DNA of 64,000 nucleotides from Clostridia bacterium (lineage in GTDB: Bacteria > Bacillota > Clostridia > TANB77 > CAG-508): assembly GCA_900770385.1 (NCBI GenBank), contig CAAGKK010000044.1, positions 23,149 to 87,148 of the forward strand, in the 5' to 3' direction. Below the pieces are notes generated by a model that was not told the DNA's origin, ran no database searches, and worked only from the letters and a program-made list of their open reading frames with translations. The position numbers and the translations under genes are program-made. This document shows, piece after piece, positions 37,654-48,573 of the stretch. Within the stretch, counting starts at the first letter, position 1; the number at the start of each line of letters is the position of its first letter.

Positions 37654-38559
37654 TTATTTTTTTGAATCATCTTTCATTACTTCTTTAATAGCACCTAAAC
37701 TACTTAAAGCAGATGTAGCTTCAAAAGGAATAAATACTTTATTTGCTTCACCATCAGCTACTTCTTTTAATGCTTCTAAAGATTTTAATTGAATTATTTT
37801 ATCATCAGGTTTTGCAGTTTTTAATGCACCATAAACCATTTCAATTTCTTTAGCTTTAGCTTCTGCAACTTTCTTTATAGCTTCAGCTTCACCGGCAGCC
37901 TTTCTTATTCTAGATTCTTTATCTGCTTCAGCTTCTAAAATTGCAGCTTCTTTTTGACCTTCTGCGATTGTTATTGCTGATTGTCTTTCACCTTCAGCTT
38001 GTAAAATTAATGCTCTTTTATTTCTTTCAGCATTCATTTGTTTTTCCATGGCATCACGGATATCTGCAGGTGGAGTAATATCTTTAATTTCTACTCTATC
38101 AACTTTACAACCCCATTGATCAGTAGCTTCATCTAATATAACTCTCAATTTATCATTAATAGCATCTCTTGAACTAAATGTTTGGTCTAAGTCCATTTTA
38201 CCAACAATATCACGAATTGTTGTGATTGCTAAATATTCAATACCTTTTTTCAATGATTGAATTTCATATACAGCTTTTGCTGGGTCAGTAATTTTGTAGA
38301 AAACAACAGTATCTATTGTAATTGTAACATTATCTTGAGTGATAACTCCTTGTGGTGGAACATCCATTGTTTGTTGTTTTAAACTAACAACAGAACGAAC
38401 TTGATCAATAAAAGGAATTATAATTGTAAGACCTGCATCTGCTACTTTATAAAACTTTCCTAATCTTTCTATAATGTATACCTCAGATTGTTTTACTATT
38501 TTAATTGTTTTAAATGCGATAACTAAAATAATTAGTAATAAAATTATTAAAAATACCAT
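37654..38559 (-). CDS. SPFH/band-7 (stomatin-like) protein
   Basis: VKQSEVYIIERLGKFYK...IDTVVFYKITDP...RVEIKDITPP; coiled-coil Ala/Glu-rich tail. Confidence 0.9.
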   Translation of the reverse strand: MVFLIILLLIILVIAFKTIKIVKQSEVYIIERLGKFYKVADAGLTIIIPFIDQVRSVVSLKQQTMDVPPQGVITQDNVTITIDTVVFYKITDPAKAVYEIQSLKKGIEYLAITTIRDIVGKMDLDQTFSSRDAINDKLRVILDEATDQWGCKVDRVEIKDITPPADIRDAMEKQMNAERNKRALILQAEGERQSAITIAEGQKEAAILEAEADKESRIRKAAGEAEAIKKVAEAKAKEIEMVYGALKTAKPDDKIIQLKSLEALKEVADGEANKVFIPFEATSALSSLGAIKEVMKDDSKK

Positions 38560-38616
38560 TTTAATCCTCCTAAATTTATATAAATTAAGTTAAAAAACTT
38601 AAATATTAAAAACTAA

Positions 38617-39036
38617 TTAATACCTAACAACAGCTTTTACACCGTCTATATTTAAAATTTCAACTTCCATTCCTTCATCTATTTTAGAATCATCTACACT
38701 CTTGGCAGACCAAACTTCATTACCAACTTTAATTTGACCTTGTCCAGATATAGGATCTATTGCTTGAGTTACAATTCCTTTTTTTCCTATAATAGAATAA
38801 GCATTTGTTTGAACTGTTTGTGTTGATGCAACTTTATTTGCAAAAGGTCTAGTAAGAAATAAAAGAATAGTTGAAGATATTATAAATACTCCTGTTTGAA
38901 TAGCAAGATTTCCTGTAAAAAAGCTAACAATCATAGCAATTAATGCACCAATTGCAAACCAAAATACTAAAAATCCAACAGTAGCTATTTCAACAACTAA
39001 GAATATCCCAGCAAGGATTAACCAAAACTGCCACAT
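38617..39036 (-). CDS. NfeD-family membrane protein
   Basis: 3 TM plus C-terminal OB-like GQIKVGNEVWSAKS; upstream partner of the SPFH gene. Confidence 0.85.
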   Translation of the reverse strand: MWQFWLILAGIFLVVEIATVGFLVFWFAIGALIAMIVSFFTGNLAIQTGVFIISSTILLFLTRPFANKVASTQTVQTNAYSIIGKKGIVTQAIDPISGQGQIKVGNEVWSAKSVDDSKIDEGMEVEILNIDGVKAVVRY

Positions 39037-39225
39037 AAAAATACCTCCAGTAACTTAAATAACAATAACATTATAACATAAAATTGATATAAAATAAATA
39101 ATTTTAGGGAAAATAATACAAAATTATATTTTTTTATATTTTTTGTGTTTTTCCTTCACTTGAAAAATTTTTTATGTTATATTATAAATACATTAATAAA
39201 TACAATTTTCAATAAGGAGTATCAA

Positions 39226-40905
39226 ATGAGAAAAAATCGTAATAAAAGTGAAATGAAAATTAATTATAAAAATATATTAAAAATAGTAATACCTATATTA
39301 ATTATAATTATATTTTTACTAATAATTAATTATGTAAGAAAAGATAAAAATAATGATAAAATAGATTTAATTATAAATAATAATGTTGTTACTGCAAAAC
39401 TAAAAAAGGACCTATACAAAAATGATAAATCTGTTATATATATGTCAATGCAAGATGTAAAAAACTATTTAGATAAATACATATATATAGATAAAACAGA
39501 AAATAAAATTATTACAACATATGGAGAGAAAGTAACAGTGCTTCCATATAACGACACTAATATTACAATAAATGATTCTAATCTTAAGATTTTGTCAGGA
39601 GCAGAGTTAAATAATGGAGATACATATCTTCCTATTTCTCAATTATCTAAAGCATATAATATGGACATGACATATTTGGAAGAACAAAATACACTTATAT
39701 TAGACTCATTAGAAAGAGAATTAGTAACTGCTACAGTATCTAAGAAACTTACAGTTAAGAAAAAAGATACTTCATTTTCAAGTACAGTAGATAAAATAGC
39801 AACTGGCGAAAATGTGATTTTAATTAGTGAAAATGGAAAATGGGCAAAAATAAGAACTGCAAGAGGAAAAATAGGTTATGTAAAAACATCAAAATTAAAA
39901 AACAAATATTATGTGAGAAATAAAGTAGAAAAACAAGAACAAACAGAAAAAATAAATTTAGTATGGGATTATTATTCAGAATATGCTAAAGCTCCAAATA
40001 GAGCAGGAACAACAATTGACGGAGTGAATGTTGTTTCACCATCATTTTTTTCATTAGTATCAAATGGAAATGGAAAAATATTTAGTAATGTTGGAACAAA
40101 TGGAATAAATTATATAAATTGGGCAAAACAAAATAATTACAAAGTTTGGGCAATGGTATCTAATAATTCATATAAAGATACTACATCTGTAATTCTAAAT
40201 TCATATACATTAAGAACAAATTTAATAAACAGTATTGTTGATTTGGCAAATCAATATAATTTAGATGGAATTAATATTGACTTTGAAAATATGAATGAAT
40301 CTGATAAAGATATGTTTTCTAGATTTATAATAGAATTAAAACCTAAATTACAAGAAGCTGGAAAAGTTTTATCAGTAGATGTAACAGCACCAGATGGAGG
40401 TGGCTCATGGTCAATGTGCTACAATAGAAATGTAATTGGAGATGTGGCAGATTACATTGTATTTATGGCTTATGACCAATATGGTTCAACATCAGCCAAA
40501 GAAGGAACAACAGCAGGATTTAATTGGGTAGAAACAAATTTAAAAAAATTTATAGATAGAGAAGAAATAAAATCAAAGAAAATAATTTTAGGTATACCAC
40601 TTTATACGAGATTGTGGACAGAAAAGGATGGAAAAGTAACTAGTAAAATAGTTAATATGAAAGCTGTAAATGATGTATTACCTAAAGATGTTACTAAAAA
40701 TTGGAACGATGAACTTAAACAAAATTATGTAGAATATACTAAAGATGGAGCAACATACAAAATGTGGATTGAAGATGAAGAGTCAATAAGAGCAAAAGTT
40801 TCATTAGTTAGTCAATATAATTTAGCAGGAACTGCTGCATGGGCAAAAGATAGAGAAAATAAAGAAATATGGACAGTAATAAAAGAGGAACTAAATAAAA
40901 AATAA
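39226..40905 (+). CDS. GH18 glycosyl hydrolase (YaaH/YdhD-like) with N-terminal anchor and SH3-like domain
   Basis: LDGINIDFENM catalytic DxxDxDxE region, MAYDQYG; AAGGAG SD before ATG 39226. Confidence 0.8.
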   Translation: MRKNRNKSEMKINYKNILKIVIPILIIIIFLLIINYVRKDKNNDKIDLIINNNVVTAKLKKDLYKNDKSVIYMSMQDVKNYLDKYIYIDKTENKIITTYGEKVTVLPYNDTNITINDSNLKILSGAELNNGDTYLPISQLSKAYNMDMTYLEEQNTLILDSLERELVTATVSKKLTVKKKDTSFSSTVDKIATGENVILISENGKWAKIRTARGKIGYVKTSKLKNKYYVRNKVEKQEQTEKINLVWDYYSEYAKAPNRAGTTIDGVNVVSPSFFSLVSNGNGKIFSNVGTNGINYINWAKQNNYKVWAMVSNNSYKDTTSVILNSYTLRTNLINSIVDLANQYNLDGINIDFENMNESDKDMFSRFIIELKPKLQEAGKVLSVDVTAPDGGGSWSMCYNRNVIGDVADYIVFMAYDQYGSTSAKEGTTAGFNWVETNLKKFIDREEIKSKKIILGIPLYTRLWTEKDGKVTSKIVNMKAVNDVLPKDVTKNWNDELKQNYVEYTKDGATYKMWIEDEESIRAKVSLVSQYNLAGTAAWAKDRENKEIWTVIKEELNKK

Positions 40906-41078
40906 AAGCAAACACCTACATTGTTTAAATGGCATTGTAGGTGTTTGTTTTAAAAAATATAGTAAAAATCTTGTGTTTGATATTTATATATATTCATAAA
41001 TTATAAAAAAATAGTTGTAAAAAATGATATAAACTGATATACTTTAATAGATTATTTAATAAACTAAGGAGGTAAATT

Positions 41079-41519
41079 ATGAGTGAAGAAAACAATAAAG
41101 AAACAATAGAAGAAATAGAAAATGTATCAGAAGAAAATGGTATAAAAATTGCAGATGATGTTGTTGCAATTATTGCTGGAAAAGCGGCGTCAGAAGTAAG
41201 TGGAGTATTTGGAATGGCCGGAGGATTTGCCGGAGGAATTACAGAAGTATTTGGAAAAAAGAATTTTTCAAAAGGAATAAAAGTAGATGTACAAGAACAA
41301 AGTGTAAAAATAGATGTAAATATTATAGTAGAATATGGAGCAAGAATTCCAGATATAGCATTTGAAATACAAAATAGAGTTAAAAAAGCTGTAGAAAGTA
41401 TGACAGGATTAAAAGTATTAGAAGTAAATGTACATGTACAAGGAGTAAATACAGACATACAAAACAAAGAAAAAGAAGAAATAAAAGAAGACAAACAAGA
41501 GAATAATTCAGAAGAATAA
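41079..41519 (+). CDS. Asp23/Gls24-family alkaline shock protein
   Basis: IKIADDVVAIIAGKAASEVSGVFGM... Confidence 0.88.
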   Translation: MSEENNKETIEEIENVSEENGIKIADDVVAIIAGKAASEVSGVFGMAGGFAGGITEVFGKKNFSKGIKVDVQEQSVKIDVNIIVEYGARIPDIAFEIQNRVKKAVESMTGLKVLEVNVHVQGVNTDIQNKEKEEIKEDKQENNSEE

Positions 41520-41539
41520 GAAAAACGGAGGAAATAAAA

Positions 41540-42094
41540 ATGAAATTTTTAGAAAAATTATCTTTAGCAATATTTTCAACAATTATATTAATATTATCTT
41601 TAGTAATATGCTTATTAGTATTTGGATGGTTAAAAGCTACTAGTATAGTATATTTATTACAATTAGCATTATCAACTTCAGTAGCATCAAATATTATGTT
41701 AGTGGTAGCAATAGTGCTTATGTTATTAGCAATAAAATGTATTTTCTTTTCATCAAATGATGAAACAGAAAAATCAGAAGGTATCTTATTAGAAAATGAA
41801 AATGGTAAATTATTAATATCAGTGGAAACAATAGAAAATTTAATAAAAGGTGTGGTATCAGGATTTGCAAATGTTAAATCTTCAAATTGCAAAGTTGTAT
41901 TAGATAGACAAGTTAATAATGTAAGAGTAGAACTAAATTTAACTGTTGCAGCAGGTACTGTTATTAAAGAATTATCAGTAAATATTCAAGATAGAATAAA
42001 AGAAGTGGTAAAAAAGACTACAGAATTAGAAATTAAAGAGATTAATATAAAAATAAAAGACATAGATGTTGCTAAAGTGCCTCAAAATGATTAG
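41540..42094 (+). CDS. amaP: AmaP-like membrane anchor protein
   Basis: Two N-terminal TM plus soluble domain; conserved position after asp23. Confidence 0.65.
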   Translation: MKFLEKLSLAIFSTIILILSLVICLLVFGWLKATSIVYLLQLALSTSVASNIMLVVAIVLMLLAIKCIFFSSNDETEKSEGILLENENGKLLISVETIENLIKGVVSGFANVKSSNCKVVLDRQVNNVRVELNLTVAAGTVIKELSVNIQDRIKEVVKKTTELEIKEINIKIKDIDVAKVPQND

Positions 42095-42105
42095 GAGGAG
42101 ATAAA

Positions 42106-42309
42106 ATGGAAGAAGTTAAAAAATTTATAAAGGAATATAGTGGTGCAATTATAGGAGGGCTTGTTGCGGTACTTATATTATGCACACAGTTGTATAAATT
42201 AATTATTGGAATTATCTTAATTGCAATGGGAATATTTATAGGAAATTATATTCAAAGAAATAAAGATGATGTAAAAGAAAAAGTAAAAAAAATTATAGAT
42301 AAAATGTAA
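42106..42309 (+). CDS. DUF2273-like small membrane protein
   Basis: 67 aa, two TM; conserved asp23-amaP-DUF2273 arrangement. Confidence 0.6.
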   Translation: MEEVKKFIKEYSGAIIGGLVAVLILCTQLYKLIIGIILIAMGIFIGNYIQRNKDDVKEKVKKIIDKM

Positions 42310-42319
42310 GGAGAAAAAC

Positions 42320-42730
42320 ATGAACAGATCAGCTGCGAGAGAAGAAGCATTTAAGGTTTTATATAGTTTAGAAGTACAAAAAAAAGAAGAAATAAAAGAA
42401 CAATTAGAATTATATATGCAAAATGAAAATATTACAGATGAAAATACAGTATCTTATATAAATTCAACAATAGAAGGAATTTATAATAATAGTGATACAA
42501 TAGAACAAAAAATTTCAGATAATTTAAAAAAAGACTGGAAAATAGAAAGAATTTCTAAAATAGATTTAGCTTTATTAAAGCTTGCTATTTATGAAATACT
42601 TTATACAGATACTCCATATAAAGTGGCAATAAATGAAGTATTAGAGCTTTCAAAAAAATATAGTGAAGAAAGTTCATCTAACTTTATAAATGGAGTTTTG
42701 GCAAGTATTGTAAAAGAAAACGAGGAGTAA
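42320..42730 (+). CDS. nusB: Transcription antitermination factor NusB
   Basis: [17 protein letters not shown]..., [12 protein letters not shown]. Confidence 0.9.
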   Translation: MNRSAAREEAFKVLYSLEVQKKEEIKEQLELYMQNENITDENTVSYINSTIEGIYNNSDTIEQKISDNLKKDWKIERISKIDLALLKLAIYEILYTDTPYKVAINEVLELSKKYSEESSSNFINGVLASIVKENEE

Positions 42731-42732
42731 TA

Positions 42733-43920
42733 ATGAGGCCAGAGCCAATTACAGTAACACAATTAAATAGTTATATAAAAGATAAAATATCAAATGATGA
42801 ATTTTTAAATAATGTGTATATAAAAGGAGAAATATCTAATTTTAAACATCATTACACTGGACACTTATATTTCACATTAAAAGATGAAAACTCATTAATA
42901 AAATGTATCATGTTTAAAACATATACATCTCATTTAGACTTTGAACCTAAAGATGGTATGAAAGTATTAATATTAGGTACAGTATCTGTGTTTGAAAGAG
43001 ATGGAGTATATCAAATATATTGCAAAGCTATGCAAGAAGATGGATTAGGAAGCTTATATACTGCATATGAAAAATTAAAGCAACAATTGGAGATAGAAGG
43101 ACTTTTTAAAGAAGAACATAAAAAGGAAATTCCTAAAATGTCTAAGGTTATTGGAGTATTAACATCACAGACAGGATCTGTCATTCGAGATATTATAAAT
43201 GTAAGTACAAGAAGAAATCCAAATGTGTGTATAAAGCTATTGCCAGTACCAGTTCAAGGAGAAGGAGCAGCAAATAAAATAGCAGATGCCATAAGAATAA
43301 TGAACGAAAAAAATATTGCAGATGTATTAATTTTAGCAAGAGGAGGAGGTTCATTAGAAGATTTATGGCCTTTTAATGAAGAGATAGTAGCAAGAGCAAT
43401 ATACAATTCTGAGATACCTATAATATCAGCAGTAGGTCATGAAACTGATTTTACTATTTCAGACTTTGTTTCAGACTTAAGGGCACCAACCCCATCTGCA
43501 GCAGCAGAACTTGCAGTACCAGACATAGCAAAAATAAAAAGCGATATAGATAAATATAAAAGTAGGTTAAAATTAGCATTAAATAAAAAGTTAGAATTAA
43601 TAAGGCTAAGATATAACTCTTGTATAAATACAAGAGCATTTAAAAATCCTTATGAAAAAATCCAAAATTATTATATACTTTTGGATAATTATATAAAGAT
43701 GATAACTATAAATGCCAACAATAACTATAAGGAATGTAAAAATAACTTTATAAATTTAACAGCTAAGCTAGATTCATTAAGCCCATTAAAAACACTTACA
43801 AGAGGGTATGTAATAGCACAAAAAGAAGATAAAGTAGTAAAATCTGCAAAACAGTTAGAAAAAAATGATAATATAGAATTAATATTTTCAGATGGAAAAA
43901 AACAGGCACAAATAATGTAA
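42733..43920 (+). CDS. xseA: Exodeoxyribonuclease VII large subunit
   Basis: ITVTQLNSYIK...GEISNFKHHYTGHLYFTLKD, ARGGGSLEDLW. Confidence 0.93.
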   Translation: MRPEPITVTQLNSYIKDKISNDEFLNNVYIKGEISNFKHHYTGHLYFTLKDENSLIKCIMFKTYTSHLDFEPKDGMKVLILGTVSVFERDGVYQIYCKAMQEDGLGSLYTAYEKLKQQLEIEGLFKEEHKKEIPKMSKVIGVLTSQTGSVIRDIINVSTRRNPNVCIKLLPVPVQGEGAANKIADAIRIMNEKNIADVLILARGGGSLEDLWPFNEEIVARAIYNSEIPIISAVGHETDFTISDFVSDLRAPTPSAAAELAVPDIAKIKSDIDKYKSRLKLALNKKLELIRLRYNSCINTRAFKNPYEKIQNYYILLDNYIKMITINANNNYKECKNNFINLTAKLDSLSPLKTLTRGYVIAQKEDKVVKSAKQLEKNDNIELIFSDGKKQAQIM

Positions 43921-43992
43921 TTAATGTGTGTAGAGGTAGACGACTCTTACGCCAACATACTCAAAAAAACACTAAAATATAAGGAGGCTAAT

Positions 43993-44220
43993 ATGGCAAC
44001 AGACAAGAATTTTGAAGAGATGATGCAAGAATTAGAAAAAATATCACAAGACCTAGAAAATGGAGATTTAACATTAGATGAATCAGTAAAAAAGTTTGAA
44101 AAGGGTATTGAACTTTCTAAGGAATGCTCAAAAGTATTAGAAGAGGCAGAAAAGAAAATAACCATTTTGATAAAAGATGGAGATGAATTAAAAGAAGAAA
44201 AATTTGATATAAATGAATAA
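43993..44220 (+). CDS. xseB: Exodeoxyribonuclease VII small subunit
   Basis: AAGGAGG SD before ATG 43993; FEEMMQELEKISQDLENGDLTLDESVKKFEKG. Confidence 0.9.
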   Translation: MATDKNFEEMMQELEKISQDLENGDLTLDESVKKFEKGIELSKECSKVLEEAEKKITILIKDGDELKEEKFDINE

Positions 44221-44248
44221 GTAAAAAAATAAAAGGGGTTAATTTAAA

Positions 44249-44692
44249 ATGGAGAATACATTGATAGGAGTTTTTACAAATAAATATATTTATATTCCAT
44301 TTTTATTATGGTTTGGAATACAAGTATTTAAATTAGTTTATGATTTAGTAAAAACTAAAAAATTTAATTTTAAAAGAATAATGGGAGCAGGTGGAATGCC
44401 TAGTTCTCATTCAGCAGTTGTTACTTCACTTACAACTTTAGTAGGAAAAGATGTTGGAGTAAATTCTCCGGTTTTTGCTATTGCATTAATATTTTCTTTT
44501 GTTGTAATGTATGATGCATGTGGAGTAAGAAGAGCAGCTGGAAAACAGGCAAAAGTATTAAATGATATTGTAAATACACCAGGTTTATCAAACATACAAG
44601 TTCAAGAAAAATTACAAGAAGCATTGGGGCATACACCAGTTCAAGTATTTGTTGGAGCATTAATTGGAATAATAGCTGGATTAATATTTTAA
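44249..44692 (+). CDS. Divergent PAP2/DUF212 (YuiD-like) membrane protein
   Basis: GGMPSSHSAVV...MYDACGVRRAAGKQA. Confidence 0.8.
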   Translation: MENTLIGVFTNKYIYIPFLLWFGIQVFKLVYDLVKTKKFNFKRIMGAGGMPSSHSAVVTSLTTLVGKDVGVNSPVFAIALIFSFVVMYDACGVRRAAGKQAKVLNDIVNTPGLSNIQVQEKLQEALGHTPVQVFVGALIGIIAGLIF

Positions 44693-44709
44693 ATAGATTT
44701 GGAGGTGCA

Positions 44710-46374
44710 ATGATGACTGATATAGAAATTGCAAGAAATACTAAATTAGAAAAGATTACAGATGTGGCTAAAAAGCTAGAAATATCAGACGAAGAGTTAG
44801 AACTTTATGGTAAATATAAAGCAAAAATATCTAGTGAAGTATATAAAAAATTAGAAAATAAAAAGGATGGAAAATTAGTTTTAGTTACAGCAATAAATCC
44901 AACACCATTAGGAGAAGGAAAAACAACAATATCTATAGGATTAGCAGATGGACTTAAAAAAATTGGTAAACAATCTATATTAGCGTTAAGAGAGCCTTCT
45001 TTAGGACCAGTATTTGGAATAAAAGGAGGAGCTACAGGAGGAGGTCACTCACAAATAGCTCCAATGGAAGATATAAATTTGCATTTTACTGGGGATTTAC
45101 ACGCAATTACCTCTGCTAATAATTTGCTGTCAGCAATTATAGATAATCATATATTTTTTGGAAATGAGTTAAAGATAAAAAAAGTAATTTTGAAAAGGTG
45201 TGTAGATTTAAATGATAGACAACTAAGACAAATAACATGTGGACTATCAGGCGAAAAAGGAATGGTTCCTAGAACAGATGGATTTAATATTACAGTTGCT
45301 TCAGAAATAATGGCAATAATGTGCTTAGCAAAAGATTTAAAAGATTTAAAAAGAAGACTTGGAAATATAGTAATTGGTTATAATGAAGAAGAAAAACCAG
45401 TTAAAGCAAAAGATTTAAAAGCAGAAGGAAGTTTAACCGTATTATTAAAAGATGCATTTAAACCTAATTTAGTACAAACATTAGAACATACACCTGCAAT
45501 AGTACATGGAGGACCATTTGCAAATATTGCACATGGTTGTAATAGCATAGTAGCTACTAAACTAGCTTTAAAACTTGCAGATTATACAATAACAGAAGCA
45601 GGTTTTGGAGCAGACTTAGGAGCAGAAAAATTCTTAAATATAAAATGTAGAACAGCCAATATAGAACCTAATGCAGTTGTTTGTGTAGCAACAATGAAGG
45701 CCTTAAAATATCATGGTGGAGTAAAAAAAGAAGATATTAAGTTAGAAAATATAGAAGCATTAGAAAGAGGAACTAAAAATTTATTTAAACATATAAACAA
45801 CTTAAAAAATAAATTTGGACAAAATGTAATTGTAGCAATAAATGAGTATGTAGATGATTCAAAAAAAGAAATAGAATTTTTAAAGAATAAATTAACTGAA
45901 AAAAACATAGAAATGAGCCTAGTTCAAAGTTGGGAATATGGCGGTAAAGGAGCTATAGATTTAGCAAATAAAGTAGTAAAGCTATGTGAAAATGAAAGTA
46001 AACTAAAATTTACATATCCTATAGAACTAACAATTAAAGAAAAAATAGAAAGAATAGCTAAAGAAATATATGGAGCAGAAGGAATTGAAATAAATGAAGA
46101 AGCTTTAGAAAAAATTAGATTCATAGAAGAAAATAATTATGACAAGTTACCAATATGTATTGCCAAAACACAATATTCTTTATCTGATGATAGCAAAAAT
46201 TTAGAGTGCTTAGAACCATTTAAAATCCATGTTAAAGACATAATTCTAAATGCTGGAGCAGAATTTATTGTGGTAATTACAGGAAAAATATTTACAATGC
46301 CAGGACTTCCTAAAGTTCCAGCAGCGGAAAATATAGATATTGACGAAAATGGAAACATAGTAGGAATTTTTTAA
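44710..46374 (+). CDS. fhs: Formate--tetrahydrofolate ligase
   Basis: AINPTPLGEGKTT P-loop; 554 aa. Confidence 0.95.
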   Translation: MMTDIEIARNTKLEKITDVAKKLEISDEELELYGKYKAKISSEVYKKLENKKDGKLVLVTAINPTPLGEGKTTISIGLADGLKKIGKQSILALREPSLGPVFGIKGGATGGGHSQIAPMEDINLHFTGDLHAITSANNLLSAIIDNHIFFGNELKIKKVILKRCVDLNDRQLRQITCGLSGEKGMVPRTDGFNITVASEIMAIMCLAKDLKDLKRRLGNIVIGYNEEEKPVKAKDLKAEGSLTVLLKDAFKPNLVQTLEHTPAIVHGGPFANIAHGCNSIVATKLALKLADYTITEAGFGADLGAEKFLNIKCRTANIEPNAVVCVATMKALKYHGGVKKEDIKLENIEALERGTKNLFKHINNLKNKFGQNVIVAINEYVDDSKKEIEFLKNKLTEKNIEMSLVQSWEYGGKGAIDLANKVVKLCENESKLKFTYPIELTIKEKIERIAKEIYGAEGIEINEEALEKIRFIEENNYDKLPICIAKTQYSLSDDSKNLECLEPFKIHVKDIILNAGAEFIVVITGKIFTMPGLPKVPAAENIDIDENGNIVGIF

Positions 46375-46450
46375 AAATATATTTGTATAATTTAATCATT
46401 TTTGTGAAAAAATAAAATTAAATTTAATTTTTTACAAAGGTGATTTTTTT

Positions 46451-47134
46451 ATGAAGTTAAAAAACAAAAAAGCATTTACAGTTTTAATAATATTTATAAT
46501 ATTGTTAATTCTATATAATATATTTTTAGAAAATAGTATTGTACTAGGATTATCTAAATATGGATCTAGAGGAAACGAAGTAAAACAGATACAAACTAAA
46601 TTAAAGCGATGGGGATATTACAAAGGAAGTGTAGATGGAATTTATGGAAGCAGAACACTTTCGGCAGTAAAGAGTTTTCAAAAGAAAAATGGACTAACAG
46701 TTGATGGGATTGCGGGTACAAAAACTCTAAATGCTATGGGAATATACTCATCATCATCTAGTAGCAATACAAGCAGTTCAAATTCAACTAACTTAAACTT
46801 ATTAAGTAGATTAGTTTATGCAGAATCAAGAGGAGAGCCTTATTCTGGTCAAGTTGCAGTGGCTGCAGTAGTATTAAATAGAGTTAGTAGTTCTTCTTTT
46901 CCAAATACTATAGCTGGAGTAATATATCAATCTGGAGCTTTTGATGCTGTTAGTGATGGACAAATAAATATGACACCTGATGCCACAGCGAAAAAAGCAG
47001 CACAAGATGCAATTAATGGTTGGGATCCTTCATATGGAGCAATATATTATTTTAATCCTAATACAGCAACAAATAAATGGATATGGTCAAGGCCATTAAC
47101 TGTTGTAATAGGTAAGCATAGATTTTGTAAATAG
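46451..47134 (+). CDS. SleB/CwlJ-family cell-wall hydrolase with PG-binding domain
   Basis: PG_binding_1-like GSRGNEVKQIQTKLKRWGYY...VDGIAGTKTL; Hydrolase_2-like YAESRGEPYSGQVAVAAVVLNRV. Confidence 0.85.
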   Translation: MKLKNKKAFTVLIIFIILLILYNIFLENSIVLGLSKYGSRGNEVKQIQTKLKRWGYYKGSVDGIYGSRTLSAVKSFQKKNGLTVDGIAGTKTLNAMGIYSSSSSSNTSSSNSTNLNLLSRLVYAESRGEPYSGQVAVAAVVLNRVSSSSFPNTIAGVIYQSGAFDAVSDGQINMTPDATAKKAAQDAINGWDPSYGAIYYFNPNTATNKWIWSRPLTVVIGKHRFCK

Positions 47135-47179
47135 AATACTATAAAAAAGAAAGCTTAAAATACATTATGCTTTCTTTTT

Positions 47180-47212
47180 TATATAGTAGAAAATGAGAAA
47201 TTTTCTACTATA
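47180..47212 (+). repeat. Palindromic repeat, copy 3
   Basis: TATATAGTAGAAAAT-GAGAA-ATTTTCTACTATA directly after the terminator T-run. Confidence 0.8.
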
Positions 47213-47289
47213 ATGACAATACTATTTTTCCTTGACAAAAATTTATAATATTGATAACATATTAATGAAAAATGAAAGGAAAAAAGCTA

Positions 47290-47790
47290 ATGTTTTACCC
47301 AAGAGATTATTTTAAAAGTGTAACTCAAATTACTAAAAAATATTTAGATGAAAATAGAATTCAAGCAATAATTCTAGATGTAGATAATACTTTAATTGAC
47401 TATGATAAAAATCTATCTCAAGAAATAATAAGCTGGGCTAACACCTTAAAAGATAGTGGGATTAAAATGGTTATATTGTCTAATAGCAATAAAAAAGAAA
47501 AAGTAAGACATGTAGCAGAAAAATTAAACATAGAATATCTATTCTTTGGAATGAAACCATTAAAAAGAGGTTTTAAAAAAGCAAAAAAAATATTACAAAT
47601 AGAAGAAAATAATAAAATTGCAGTAGTTGGGGACCAGATTTTTACTGATATTATAGGTGCAAATAGAATGAAAATGTATTCAATTCTAGTAGAACCAATA
47701 GAAAAGAGAGATATTTGGATTACTGTTTTAAAAAGACCAATAGAAAACTATATAAAAGATAAATATCTAAAAACAAAAGGAGGCAAATAA
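47290..47790 (+). CDS. yqeG: YqeG-family HAD phosphatase
   Basis: AIILDVDNTL, VILSNSN, VGDQIFTDI; tracked ORF starts at 47272. Confidence 0.85.
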   Translation: MFYPRDYFKSVTQITKKYLDENRIQAIILDVDNTLIDYDKNLSQEIISWANTLKDSGIKMVILSNSNKKEKVRHVAEKLNIEYLFFGMKPLKRGFKKAKKILQIEENNKIAVVGDQIFTDIIGANRMKMYSILVEPIEKRDIWITVLKRPIENYIKDKYLKTKGGK

Positions 47791-48539
47791 TGTACTTTCA
47801 TGATGTACACATACTAATATATGTAGCAATAGCTATACTAGGCTTTATTTTAGGTAAGTTTATAAATTATTGTAATTATAAATTTTTAAATGAAGAAAAA
47901 ATAATAAGCAAAGATTTATTTAGTAAAGAAAAAAAATACAAAAATAATATAATATTACCATTAATTAATGCAGTTATTTATATAATACTACTTTATACAT
48001 TTGGAATAGGAAAAAGCTATCTAGATAATATAGAACTTATAAGATATTTATGTTTAACTCCTATGCTTTTGTCAGTATTCATAATTGATTATAAAAAACA
48101 AATTATCCCTAATAGATTAAATTTAACAATGTTTGAAATAGGCTTAATATTATTATTTGCAGTAGGCATATTTAATGCAAATATTGCAATAGATATGTTT
48201 TTAGGAATGTTAGTTGGTGGTGGAATATTCCTATTAATTACGCTTCTTGGTGGCTTAATTGCAGGAAAAGAAGCAATGGGATTTGGTGATGTAAAGTTAA
48301 TGGCTGCATTAGGCTTATATTTTGGTGTTGCAAATATAATTATGATTACTTTGATTTCTTTTCTATTAGGGGCAATAATTAGCATTATACTATTAGTAAC
48401 TAAAATAAAGAAAACTAGTGAATATATACCATTTGGTCCATTTATAGTAATGGCAACTTTTATAATGATGGTTGTTCCATTTGAAGTGGCATTTTCAATA
48501 TTAGTTACTATATTTTCGTTAGGATTAATGAGAGTATAA
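47790..48539 (+). CDS. Type IV prepilin peptidase (A24 family)
   Basis: Polytopic membrane protein; GKEAMGFGDVKLMAALGLYFG and IPFGPF motifs; start overlaps the yqeG stop. Confidence 0.85.
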   Translation: MYFHDVHILIYVAIAILGFILGKFINYCNYKFLNEEKIISKDLFSKEKKYKNNIILPLINAVIYIILLYTFGIGKSYLDNIELIRYLCLTPMLLSVFIIDYKKQIIPNRLNLTMFEIGLILLFAVGIFNANIAIDMFLGMLVGGGIFLLITLLGGLIAGKEAMGFGDVKLMAALGLYFGVANIIMITLISFLLGAIISIILLVTKIKKTSEYIPFGPFIVMATFIMMVVPFEVAFSILVTIFSLGLMRV

Positions 48540-48573
48540 ACTATAAAATATTTGTTAAATATAGGAGGAATAT